Source: a virus (lineage: Duplodnaviria; Caudoviricetes). Taken from it: DNA of 64,000 bases. The stretch spans positions 477 through 64,476 of the IMG/VR virus record IMGVR_UViG_3300037140_000081; one strand, 5' to 3'. Below are positions 45,874 through 55,660 of the stretch, one piece after another (the stretch's first letter is position 1; each line of letters starts with the position of its first letter). The position numbers were made by a program, and so were the translations under genes. A model generated the notes under the pieces. That model searched no databases and was not told the DNA's origin. It worked only from the letters and a program-made list of their open reading frames with translations.

Positions 45874-48800
45874 CTAGAAAACGCCATTTATCGCACGTTC
45901 TATGGGGCCGCGACCCCCTGTTTTCTGGCGGGTCATGGATTGCTTGTTATTGTGCTGCTCGGAATGCGCGAGATATCGAGAGGCTTTATCGCTCGGATTT
46001 TTGATATCCAGCGCTTGGTCGCGGATAGCCCCGGCAGCGCCAATACCCTTTGCCTGGGCGTTGGCATATGTATTGTATGGGCTGACTAAGCTCCGTGCCG
46101 TGTAATCGGTTACCTGCGCCGCCGCCCGGGCAGCCGCGGGTAGATCGCCCTTGGCACCAGCAGATATATCTCCTGGTTCCGCGATGGCTTTACCGGTCCA
46201 GTCTCGGAAGCCTAGACCGCCTTGAATGCCGGCCAATAATGGCGACACGGTGAGAGTGTCTCGCAGTGCCTGCATTGGATCAGTTCGACCTTCTCGCGCT
46301 TCGTTCAAAGTATACGGGATCGTGAGCGGGCCGCGGGCGTGGATTTCAGCATCCGGATTACCGGTGATCATACGAGCCGCTTTGTCGAACAGCGGCTTGA
46401 CCACGAACCCCAACACACCCAAGGCCATGACGTTGCCTAACGTGGCTGTACGTTCCGCACTGGTCCCGCCGTATAGGTCCTTAGCCATGTGCGCGAACGC
46501 GTTGATCATGCCATAGTGGTACGGTCCGAAGGCCACAACCGAGGGCTCGCGTATCACTTGCGAGAACGCACGGCCAAACCCCTTATCAGTACCGATGTTG
46601 GTCGGTGTGCGGTAGTTGGGGATCAGCTTCTCGGCTTGCGTGATCGCTTGTCGCGAAGTCCACTCCGGGTTCTTGAGTTTCAACTCCATGACATGCTGCG
46701 TCAGGATCATATCGTTGACCGCCCACATTACCCGGCTGGAGCCTTTGTAGATCATGTCGGACAACTTCTTCAACGGTACGCCGAGAGTATCCGCGACCGG
46801 GCCCCACTTGGACGGGTTACGCTCAATATGAACAGACAGTTTCTGTGCCAACTGCTCCATCGGCTTCGCCGTCAACAGACCAGGAGTAATGAGGCCAGCG
46901 TTGTTCATGTACAAATCGGTTTGGGTGTGATCCTGCTGTATGACGGATTTTATAGCGTCCATCGAAGTAGACACCAGCCGGGGATATGCAGCCGGATTGA
47001 CCCAGTCCCAGCCACGCGCGACGAACCCGTGGGCGGCCACGTTTGCGATATGGGCAGTTGGCATCCAGAACAGCAGCTTGGTCACACCCTGGCTGAACCC
47101 GCGGAAGCCGTTGTTGAACCAGTCAATGCCAGGGCCGGCGTAATCGTCCATCATGTGGGCGATCTGCGGGTCCATATAGTAGTCGTCCTTGAACGACGCC
47201 ATCTTGGTACGAATATAGCCACGCTCCTGGGCGGTAGCAGCGGCCCCATCAGCCTTGGCAGGTATCGCGTGCGACAGGAAGTCCGGGTTCTGCTTGAAGC
47301 TGTCCACCAGCGACAAGTGATTGCCCAGTTTCATCATCTGCTCCAGGCCGGAGTAGGCGCTCAACAGCGCGTTCTTTGCATACTTGACGCCGGCCGCCTT
47401 TTCGATTTCCTCGGTTAACGCCCCGGTCATTTTCTTGTCGCCGTGCATTTGGCCTTCTTTATACTCATAGTTCGGGTCAATAACCGGGGTCCCCTTGCCG
47501 TTCTTCCACTCGGTATAGCCGCTGCCCTTGTCAGGAGAGATTACCGTGCGCGTGCCGTCAGCGTTCTCGTGTGCAAAATACTTGCGTTCCTTGGCGCTGT
47601 CCGGTTTGGCCCCGCGCAAATCTCGGCCCATAATTGGATCATTGCTGGCCCCACGATTAGTTGTCTTATCCCCGGTCAAGGTGTCTTCGGTGATGCGATA
47701 CATATGGTTCATCACTTCGTCGGCAGTAGCATTAGGCCAGCGTTCTTTGATGTTCTTGAAGATGGTGTCAGCGGCGTGCTTGATCGGCCCAACGTACTGG
47801 TCATAGATACCCTTGTCGCGGGCGTTCAAATCTCCCAGTTTGTTAGCTTCAATGGCCTTGTAGATGCGCCCCTGGGCTTCCGTATCCTGCCGGATGGCCT
47901 CTGGGATTTGGACAACGTCCTTCTGTAACAGCAGCGAGTTGTGTACGTCCTGGTGATGCGCGAGTTCAGCTTGGCTCTGTAACAGCCGGCCCACGTCTTC
48001 ACCCGAAGACGAAGGTGGTCGAGCAAACGAGTTCAACCCCTTAGACAGGTCGCCTACTTTATACCCTTTCTCGCCAGTGAGCGGCTTTTTCACTTCCGCT
48101 ATGGCTTCTTTGACGGTATCGGTAGGCCGCTTCATAGCTAAAGTCTGCCGTTCGCCTGGAACCTTGGCGGCTTCTGCGTTCTCTTTTATCTTCTTGTCAA
48201 TGCCGGCGATCAGCTTCTCTGTCTTACCTTCCAAATCCGATTTCGGCATCTGGTCACGCTTCATGAGGGCGTCCTTTGTCAACGCCTGCATGGTGCCCGG
48301 GTCTTTCTCCGGGTGCATAACCTTTTCGGCAGCGCTCATGGCCTTCCACTCGCGCGCTGCTCTCTGTCTGGCCATATTTGCTTTACGGGCTGCGTCGGCG
48401 TCTGCGACTACCTGCTTGGCTGATTTCTCGCCAGCCGACTTCTCCGCTTCTGGGGCGAGATATTTTGCGGTAGTTTTATCCAGGGCTTTACCGGATAGGT
48501 CCCCTTTGAAGGCATTGGCGACAGCCACTTCACGGTCTTCCCGTTCCTCTCGTATCCGTCGGTCATAGAGGCTTTCTTCATCGTCATGTGGTTCCGCTCG
48601 TGCTTCGGCTTGGGCCTCGGATACCTGAGCCTTGGCTTGCTGGGCCTCGGCACCGGCGACAGCTTCCTCGCCCTTGCGCGGGTTCAACTTGGCGTCGGCC
48701 TCGGCCTTGTTATTGGCCTTAAAGGTTTCATACTGCCCATCGGTACCCCGATGCAACAGTTCATTTGTACGGAACGCGTCTGGTTTGGTGTGGGCCTTGC

Positions 48801-51069
48801 CACCGGCCAGCTTCTGGGCTTCGCGCAACAGCGACCATTCCTTCGGCTTATCCATGCCGTTCATGGAATAGGTCTTGAGTGGGCTCTCCCCGCCATTGAG
48901 GCGGGCAGCCTCAGTCACTATTGCTTTGGCGCGATTGCGGGTTTCTCCGTCGGTTTCGCCGGCCTTGGGATGAAACCGTGCATCGTTGAATACGGTTTGA
49001 GTGGCTTCAATTGCCTTAGTAAACTTTGCAGCCTTCTCTGGTGTTTGCGTCTTAATAGGTTTACCGTCTGCATTTTTCAACCCATCAACATTTAGCTCTG
49101 GCCGATCATTTCGGACACGGGGGTTCTTCAAGTCTACAGCCGGGTTCTTCACTCCGCCACTTTGATTGTGCAGACCTGCATTCATCTTTGCCGCTGCCTG
49201 GTTACGAGCCGGACCCGGGGGCATGGCTTCCAACTTGTTAGCTGTTTCAGCATACTTGCCACCGGCCGCGCGCAGTCGTGCAATAGTGTCAGTGTACACC
49301 TTGGGAGTAGCTAGTGTGTCATAATGCCTCTGGGCAATGTCCGCAACCTCGCGCTGGAGTTGGTTGTTGGGGTCTGCGCGTGACTTCTCGATACCGGCTT
49401 TCAGGTTCTCCATCGTGCCGTGTGACGCCTTGAACGGGCTCGTGTCCGGCAGCGGAGTACCACCCTTCATATCTAGCTTGGGTAATGCATTTACAGCCTG
49501 CTCCGGTGTCGGGCGTGCCCGCGGGCGCGCTACGGGGGTAGGCTGTGCAGCGGGTTGTTCCTGAACGGGAGCAGCGTTGCGTTTTCCCACCTCAAACGAG
49601 GTACCCTGATCCTGTACGGGAGCAGCACGTGGGACCTTTAACTTTGCTGGTTCACCAACAGCAGCGGCTGCGAAGTCAGTTTCACCCCCGGCTTGCTTTC
49701 GCTCATATGCTGCTTGATCAGCGTCAAAGCTGGTAGGCTTAGCACCAGGCGGTATGCTAGCTTCATCTTGCGTGGCTAGCTTGGCCGGCTCGAACGCATC
49801 GGCTGGCAACTCACCGCGGCTGCCTTGCCCCACATTCTGCATACCCTCATGGGTGGCATCCAGAACAGATTTAGCGTGTTCACCTTGGAGGTCGGGCAGC
49901 GTGTCGGAAATGGGCGCTTGACGAGGCTGGTCCACGTTAGGCTGTTCGGGCGGCGCGACGTAGTCAGGGTTGAGCACCGAAGCAGTGGCCGGGTCAATCA
50001 TTCCAGTGGTGAAACCGGTTTTACCTGACTTGGGTGGTGCCGGATTTTCATTCTCAGTGGAACTGATTACGTTCTCGTCGGGCTTGAACGAGCGACGCGC
50101 TCCCGCTAGTTTTGCAGCAACGTCCCACTCATTAACCGGTTGACCCACAGTGCCAGCCTTAGGTATCGGCACAGGACCGTTATCCGCGGCGCCGCCGGCT
50201 GCAACAGTTGTAACATCATTGGCATCTGCCGCGGCCCTATCATCGGCGGCGCCAGGTGCGGCATCGCCTGGGTGCCCCGGTCGGAATACCTTGCCTAGAT
50301 CGGCTCCAGCTTTTTCACTGGCAGCGAGATACGGTTTGGCAAAACCACGCGCTTGGGTGAATGCCATACCAGCGCCGACGTTTAAACCCGCTTCTAATGG
50401 GTCTACATTTTCAGGACCCTTTTCATAAGCTTGCTGTCCTACGTTGATGCCGCCCATGATGCCGCCTTGCAACAGGCGGGCGGCCAACTTTTCGGTCAGG
50501 TTTACACCAAAGGCGACTGGTAATGGGGCAAGCCCGGCGACCATATCTGTGGTTGGGTTGGCTTCGGCGTTTACCTGCAACTGGGCGGTATCATCTATAC
50601 CTAAGGCTTTCATCGCGCGTTGCTGGAAGCTGTCTAGGACATACCCGGCACCCATCGCGCCTGCGATACCACCGGCGACGGTACCTATTGGGCCACCTAT
50701 AGCCGAGCCCAATGCAGCGCCTGCCAGTACACCACCAACTGTCGGGATAACACTATGGGCCGCTCTACGCGCAAAGGTCCCGGCTACACCCTCAGCTTCG
50801 GGCGCTTCTGTGCCTGGTTCCCCGACTGGCTTTACTTCATGTCCCTGCGCCTGGAGTTGCTCCAGCGTCTGTCCTACTGGATTGAAATTATCGGCCGACT
50901 GTACGTCATGCCCCTGCGCCTGGAGTTGCTCCAGCGTCTGTCCTACTGGATTAAAGTTGTCTGCTGGCGGAGTTTGCGGTGCTGGCTGGACGTCATGACC
51001 CTGCTGCTGGAGTTGATCCAGCGTCATACCAGTAGGGTCGAAGTCTTGCCCCTGCGTCGTGTCCGTCAC
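45874..51069 (-). CDS. Large internal virion / DNA-ejection protein
   Basis: 1731 aa, Ala/Lys-rich helical; last of three large genes after the nozzle. Confidence 0.75.
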   Translation of the reverse strand: MTDTTQGQDFDPTGMTLDQLQQQGHDVQPAPQTPPADNFNPVGQTLEQLQAQGHDVQSADNFNPVGQTLEQLQAQGHEVKPVGEPGTEAPEAEGVAGTFARRAAHSVIPTVGGVLAGAALGSAIGGPIGTVAGGIAGAMGAGYVLDSFQQRAMKALGIDDTAQLQVNAEANPTTDMVAGLAPLPVAFGVNLTEKLAARLLQGGIMGGINVGQQAYEKGPENVDPLEAGLNVGAGMAFTQARGFAKPYLAASEKAGADLGKVFRPGHPGDAAPGAADDRAAADANDVTTVAAGGAADNGPVPIPKAGTVGQPVNEWDVAAKLAGARRSFKPDENVISSTENENPAPPKSGKTGFTTGMIDPATASVLNPDYVAPPEQPNVDQPRQAPISDTLPDLQGEHAKSVLDATHEGMQNVGQGSRGELPADAFEPAKLATQDEASIPPGAKPTSFDADQAAYERKQAGGETDFAAAAVGEPAKLKVPRAAPVQDQGTSFEVGKRNAAPVQEQPAAQPTPVARPRARPTPEQAVNALPKLDMKGGTPLPDTSPFKASHGTMENLKAGIEKSRADPNNQLQREVADIAQRHYDTLATPKVYTDTIARLRAAGGKYAETANKLEAMPPGPARNQAAAKMNAGLHNQSGGVKNPAVDLKNPRVRNDRPELNVDGLKNADGKPIKTQTPEKAAKFTKAIEATQTVFNDARFHPKAGETDGETRNRAKAIVTEAARLNGGESPLKTYSMNGMDKPKEWSLLREAQKLAGGKAHTKPDAFRTNELLHRGTDGQYETFKANNKAEADAKLNPRKGEEAVAGAEAQQAKAQVSEAQAEARAEPHDDEESLYDRRIREEREDREVAVANAFKGDLSGKALDKTTAKYLAPEAEKSAGEKSAKQVVADADAARKANMARQRAAREWKAMSAAEKVMHPEKDPGTMQALTKDALMKRDQMPKSDLEGKTEKLIAGIDKKIKENAEAAKVPGERQTLAMKRPTDTVKEAIAEVKKPLTGEKGYKVGDLSKGLNSFARPPSSSGEDVGRLLQSQAELAHHQDVHNSLLLQKDVVQIPEAIRQDTEAQGRIYKAIEANKLGDLNARDKGIYDQYVGPIKHAADTIFKNIKERWPNATADEVMNHMYRITEDTLTGDKTTNRGASNDPIMGRDLRGAKPDSAKERKYFAHENADGTRTVISPDKGSGYTEWKNGKGTPVIDPNYEYKEGQMHGDKKMTGALTEEIEKAAGVKYAKNALLSAYSGLEQMMKLGNHLSLVDSFKQNPDFLSHAIPAKADGAAATAQERGYIRTKMASFKDDYYMDPQIAHMMDDYAGPGIDWFNNGFRGFSQGVTKLLFWMPTAHIANVAAHGFVARGWDWVNPAAYPRLVSTSMDAIKSVIQQDHTQTDLYMNNAGLITPGLLTAKPMEQLAQKLSVHIERNPSKWGPVADTLGVPLKKLSDMIYKGSSRVMWAVNDMILTQHVMELKLKNPEWTSRQAITQAEKLIPNYRTPTNIGTDKGFGRAFSQVIREPSVVAFGPYHYGMINAFAHMAKDLYGGTSAERTATLGNVMALGVLGFVVKPLFDKAARMITGNPDAEIHARGPLTIPYTLNEAREGRTDPMQALRDTLTVSPLLAGIQGGLGFRDWTGKAIAEPGDISAGAKGDLPAAARAAAQVTDYTARSLVSPYNTYANAQAKGIGAAGAIRDQALDIKNPSDKASRYLAHSEQHNNKQSMTRQKTGGRGPIERAINGVF
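50843..50952. repeat. 41-bp direct repeat, period 69 nt
   Basis: CCCTGCGCCTGGAGTTGCTCCAGCGTCTGTCCTACTGGATT twice, encoding part of DNFNPVGQTLEQLQAQGH. Confidence 0.85.
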
Positions 51070-51081
51070 GGTGCCACCTTG

Positions 51082-53463
51082 TTACTGAGCGGGACCAACC
51101 ACTTTATTATCCGGGCCCACCAAGAACGGTTTATTGTTGATGATCACGGTACGGTTCTGCTGCGGCGCGGCTACCTGCGGCCCCGGCGCTGCTACACCAC
51201 GGTTAACCTGCCCGGTATTAACCGGCTGCTGGGCGCCAGGAACCGGCAATCCGAGCCTCTTAGCTAATGCCGCTGACTTAACGTCGTCTCTGGCGATAGA
51301 CGGATCGGCATTAACGAAAGCATTGAATTGCTTGTACTGACCGGCCAGCTGGGTGTCTGTCCCCGCTTGAGCGGCACGTATACCCGCTTCTTGTATCCTG
51401 CCGGCTACGCGCAGTTGTGTATTTGTTCCAACCGCAGCATCATGGCGGTCTCCGTACCCACCAACTCCGTAATGTCTGTCTGCAACCTCTAATTTACCTT
51501 TTTGGACCGAAGCCGCTTGGTTTTCCTTGCTCTCCTGTTCAGTACTGACTGCCTTTTGGGCATTCAGGAATGCAGCACGCCCGCGTACATCGGCGTTAGC
51601 CCCGGCTGGAAACTGCTCATAAGCCATTGCAACATTCTCTGGCCCATATAGTTTTTCCATTTCAGAGTAGCGTCTATCAGCCGCCGCATTACGCGGGTTA
51701 AACCCTTCCAATTGAGACCCTTCAACGGACCCGGGGAACTTTGCTTGCGTCTGCCCCGGCCGCCCTTGACCAGGCTGCGGTGCAGCAACTGGGCTGGTTC
51801 CGCGCGGCGGCATCATAACCTGGCCATCCGTTGCATCGGGCGTGCTTGTTTCGGTACCAGCATTAGGTCCGGGTTCTCCACCCGCTGCTGGTTGATCACC
51901 GCCCAATGATTTATTGATCGCAGCGCCCGCGGCGCCGAAGCCACCCGGAACACGCAGAGGCGGAGTAGGCCCTTCATTGCCTGTACGCACGGCGCCCGGT
52001 CCGCCCGCTGCTGTTGGATCAAATCCGCTCATATCAGGAACGGGGGTTTGGTCTCTGCCGCCTTGTGCTGGTTGACCAGCCGGCAGTTGCCCGTCTCCGA
52101 TACCTGGCAGACCGCCGGCACCGGCGGGAGACTTCGCTATTTTCTGGAGTGTGACCGCCGTGCTCTCGTCCATTTTCTGGTCATAAATGGTCTTCAAGAA
52201 ATTACCAAATTGCTGGAGGCCCATTTTAACGTGCTGAAACGGCTGGTCGTTACCGAGTTTCGTGGTGGTAGCGGTGACACCTTTACCCCCGACAGTCGGG
52301 GAAAAGTGGGTCTGCGTTCCATCGAGCACATTAGCATCGGCTTCTGTGGCGGCTTGCGCGGCGGCGCCCACGTTACCTTGCTGGAGTTTTACCTTGGCCA
52401 GTGTGGTCTGTAGCTCGTGCTGCTGGCGATAAGACTGCATGATCGGCCACGCGGCTTCGGGGCCACCGTGCTTGTACGCATCATTGATAACGGCCAATGC
52501 CCTCATTGCGGGCTGTTCTTCCCCCGTGGCATCTTCCGCTGCTTTCACTGCTTTAGCGGATGCAGCGCCTGCCCCCTGTAAATAGCCAACAATTTTTTGT
52601 GGCGCCATACCGGCACCGGTATCACCTTGTGCGCTTTGCATAGCGCCGCCCGGCGCCTGCTGCTGCCCTTGCTGCGGCATGCCATGCGGATCATAGCTGT
52701 CCGGGGCATCTGTCGGGATTGCCTGTTGCTCGGGTACCAGGCTGCTATCGGCCGGGTCTTCTACGTCACCACCATCGGCATAGCTAGGCTGTGTCTGTAG
52801 TCCCATAGGCGAATACTGGGGAGACGTTTGCGGCGAACCAGGAGCGGCACCTGGCTGTGGTACATCTTCTGCATCAGCACCCTGCTCGCCAAAGTGAAAA
52901 TCGGAATTTAAATCCGGTCCACCTTCGCCAGCGCTACCGTCTTCCTGGCCTTTGAACTTGTTACCTTTATGTCCAGGTCCGCGCCCATGTATCGTGCCGC
53001 CCCTTGCATATCCAGTTTGGTCAGGTCCGCTGTTTGGGATTGCAGACGGAGGTGCGCCCAACCCGCTCTGACTACGTCCAAATTGTAGTACGTGGTCAAC
53101 GGTGGCCATTGCTTCATTGATATCAGTACCCTGCCTAGGGCTGTTTGGGATCGCGCTGTCTCCGGTATCATTTTGATTTGAATGCGGCACAAAACGATAT
53201 GGTTTGTCGTTTCCGTGGTCGTCCTTTTCACTTGACCCCGCGGGCAACGTATTATTGACTTGATCGTTGTCACCGCTCGTATCCCGAGTATCCGGAATAG
53301 CTCCGCCTTGGGAAAAATGCATGCCGGCGCCAACACCGGTAGGGCTCATAAAATTAAATGCTTGGCTGTTTGCACGCAGCGGCGCTGCTTGCGGCCGGCC
53401 GAAAGACGACGCTGGATTAGCAAAACTTCCAATCATTGTACCGGCTAAATTATTGAGTGCCAT
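51082..53463 (-). CDS. Internal virion / ejection protein
   Basis: 793 aa, Gly/Pro/Gln-rich, with (Y/F)xxGG motifs. Confidence 0.7.
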   Translation of the reverse strand: MALNNLAGTMIGSFANPASSFGRPQAAPLRANSQAFNFMSPTGVGAGMHFSQGGAIPDTRDTSGDNDQVNNTLPAGSSEKDDHGNDKPYRFVPHSNQNDTGDSAIPNSPRQGTDINEAMATVDHVLQFGRSQSGLGAPPSAIPNSGPDQTGYARGGTIHGRGPGHKGNKFKGQEDGSAGEGGPDLNSDFHFGEQGADAEDVPQPGAAPGSPQTSPQYSPMGLQTQPSYADGGDVEDPADSSLVPEQQAIPTDAPDSYDPHGMPQQGQQQAPGGAMQSAQGDTGAGMAPQKIVGYLQGAGAASAKAVKAAEDATGEEQPAMRALAVINDAYKHGGPEAAWPIMQSYRQQHELQTTLAKVKLQQGNVGAAAQAATEADANVLDGTQTHFSPTVGGKGVTATTTKLGNDQPFQHVKMGLQQFGNFLKTIYDQKMDESTAVTLQKIAKSPAGAGGLPGIGDGQLPAGQPAQGGRDQTPVPDMSGFDPTAAGGPGAVRTGNEGPTPPLRVPGGFGAAGAAINKSLGGDQPAAGGEPGPNAGTETSTPDATDGQVMMPPRGTSPVAAPQPGQGRPGQTQAKFPGSVEGSQLEGFNPRNAAADRRYSEMEKLYGPENVAMAYEQFPAGANADVRGRAAFLNAQKAVSTEQESKENQAASVQKGKLEVADRHYGVGGYGDRHDAAVGTNTQLRVAGRIQEAGIRAAQAGTDTQLAGQYKQFNAFVNADPSIARDDVKSAALAKRLGLPVPGAQQPVNTGQVNRGVAAPGPQVAAPQQNRTVIINNKPFLVGPDNKVVGPAQ

Positions 53464-53466
53464 TTT

Positions 53467-55476
53467 TTACCCCATAGCCTGCGGCTGTGGCTGTTGTCCG
53501 CCTTGAGCCGGTGCAGTCACTCGCATTTTGCGAGATTGTGCAATCAGCTTCTGGAAGAACTCTTGACCCTTCCACGCTGCAACGTCTTTCGGAATTACGA
53601 ATTCACCAACGTTTACGTTGACGCCCGGCCTACGTCCATTCAAAGAGGCTTGTACATCATCGGTACGAGCACCGCCGCTTGGGCTGGCACTAGCTGGCAC
53701 CCTGCCACCACCAGCCATTTGAAAACCGCCGCGCCCCATTGGCCGCTGCATTTGCTGGCGTTGCGACGGATCGGGAATTGCTCCACCGCGGGCATATCCG
53801 CCACCACCATATCCGCCACCGCCATAACCACTGCTAGTTTGTGAACCGGGCGAATAACCGGGCGAATAACCGGGCGAATGACCGGGCGTGTAGCCACCGC
53901 CACCACTATAAACGCCGCCTTCTTGTCCACCAGCGCCAGGGCTATATTGTCCACCAGCGCCAGGGCTATAGCCGCCAGCCGCCGGCGCACCATAGCCGCC
54001 GCTAGCGCCGTAACCACCTATGCCCGGGCTGCCGGCCGGTGAGCCATAGCCTCCACTTGGTTGCCCGCCGTAACCACCTGTGCCCGGGCTGCCGGCCGGT
54101 GGTCCATATCCGCCGTTAAAATTTTGGTTGTTACCAAAACCACTTGTATCCGGTAGAGCCGGCATCGGACCATTAGAGGCATCCGGCGGGGTGAACCCTG
54201 CCGTTGGGTCACTGCCAGGAGCCTGTTGAACTGGCGCGTTCTGCTGATCAAATCCACCGGGGATGTACCCAGTGTTGTTGATGCCAGGGTCCATAGCCGG
54301 CACGTTGGGCGTCCCCGCAAATGGATTGGTCTGCGACCCAGGCGTGCCTTGACCCCCGCTTACGTCACCGCTCGGTTGCAGCAAGTTTTGGTCAACACCG
54401 CCGTTCAGAACATCGGTGCCGCCACTTGGCGTGTTTGGATTATACCCTAGGGGTGGTTGCAGGTTTGGATCAACAGGGCCCATGATTGGGGAGATTGGGT
54501 TCCCGTTGTCATCATACTGCTGCGTGCCGTTATTAGGAACGCTGCTAGTTGTAGATTTGGAAGGATCAAAAGTGCTCGGCATACCAGGAGCGCCGGCCAC
54601 AGGGCGCGCAACCGGATCATAAGCCGCGCTGTTGGCACCTTGGTTGGCAGACCCTCTGCCAAAATTATCAATACCACCCGGATCATTGCTACCTTTGCTG
54701 CCACCGCCGCCACCGCCACCGCCAGATAATGTGCTTGACACAGATTGCTGACCCGTCGGCGCAAATTTACCGGCAGAGACCGCTGTATTGAGCGCCGCAA
54801 CGCCTGGAGTAGTCAGATTGACACCCGTGTTAGCCGCGCCCAGAGCTGAGTTCTCAGCGCCGGTCAGGGCCTGGACTTCCGAGTTCAGGGCGTTGACCGC
54901 CTGCCCCGGCAGCTGCTGGCCGACCGCTATGGCCTGTGAGCGCAACGAGCGTCCCGTGGCCTCGGTCGCGAGCCTAGCTTGCTGCCCAGCACCAGCCGTT
55001 GCCGCTGCCTTTTGGGCTTCTTGTGCCTGTTCGAGTTCTGCATACTGGCCGGAAGATGGATCAATGCCATAGCTGTTCAACTGCTGCTCGGCGTTAACGC
55101 GGCCCTGGTCCATGGACTGGGCGACGCCGCTCTCGGCTGTTCCCATTTCCGACTGAACACGCGCCTGGCTGGTATAGCTGTTGGCGTCCTGGATCAGCTG
55201 GTCTTGCAGGGGGACATATTTGGACAGATAATCGCTGACGCTGGAATTGGCGAGAATGCCCGACGTGGCCGCATTTTGCAGGTACTGTGTGATGTTGCTG
55301 TCAGTAACCGAGTTCACGTTGGCAAGAGTAGCGGCACCCCACTGGAGCAGTTGGTTGGATAGAGCCGTCGCGATACCGGAAATCTGGTCTAAAATGCTTT
55401 GGGTATCGAGATTATTCGGTGAAGTAACCGGGTTGGAAACTGTAAATGAACTCGACATAGATGCCCCCAGAGACAA
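53467..55476 (-). CDS. Internal virion / ejection protein
   Basis: Helical N-terminus 'YGIDPSSG', Gly-Tyr repeats, C-terminal 'DDVQA...GEFVIP' domain. Confidence 0.7.
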   Translation of the reverse strand: MSLGASMSSSFTVSNPVTSPNNLDTQSILDQISGIATALSNQLLQWGAATLANVNSVTDSNITQYLQNAATSGILANSSVSDYLSKYVPLQDQLIQDANSYTSQARVQSEMGTAESGVAQSMDQGRVNAEQQLNSYGIDPSSGQYAELEQAQEAQKAAATAGAGQQARLATEATGRSLRSQAIAVGQQLPGQAVNALNSEVQALTGAENSALGAANTGVNLTTPGVAALNTAVSAGKFAPTGQQSVSSTLSGGGGGGGGSKGSNDPGGIDNFGRGSANQGANSAAYDPVARPVAGAPGMPSTFDPSKSTTSSVPNNGTQQYDDNGNPISPIMGPVDPNLQPPLGYNPNTPSGGTDVLNGGVDQNLLQPSGDVSGGQGTPGSQTNPFAGTPNVPAMDPGINNTGYIPGGFDQQNAPVQQAPGSDPTAGFTPPDASNGPMPALPDTSGFGNNQNFNGGYGPPAGSPGTGGYGGQPSGGYGSPAGSPGIGGYGASGGYGAPAAGGYSPGAGGQYSPGAGGQEGGVYSGGGGYTPGHSPGYSPGYSPGSQTSSGYGGGGYGGGGYARGGAIPDPSQRQQMQRPMGRGGFQMAGGGRVPASASPSGGARTDDVQASLNGRRPGVNVNVGEFVIPKDVAAWKGQEFFQKLIAQSRKMRVTAPAQGGQQPQPQAMG

Positions 55477-55516
55477 AATGGCCCCCTACAAGTACCTGGA
55501 ACGCCTTTATAATTCA

Positions 55517-55660
55517 TTAATTGGAGCGACCGGGCCCTGTTTTTGTTAGAATTCGGAAAGCCTGGGCCAGGGCATTAATTGCGGCAATACAAGACGCTAG
55601 GTCCGTAGCCGTCGGAATAGCCGGGTATACCGGTGTTGGAGTGAACTGCGGTGTAGCCAT
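55517..55660 (-). CDS. Small hypothetical protein
   Basis: Hand translation MATPQFTPTPVYPAIPTATDLASCIAAINALAQAF...; GGAGG SD; TAATG overlap. Confidence 0.6.
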   Translation of the reverse strand: MATPQFTPTPVYPAIPTATDLASCIAAINALAQAFRILTKTGPGRSN

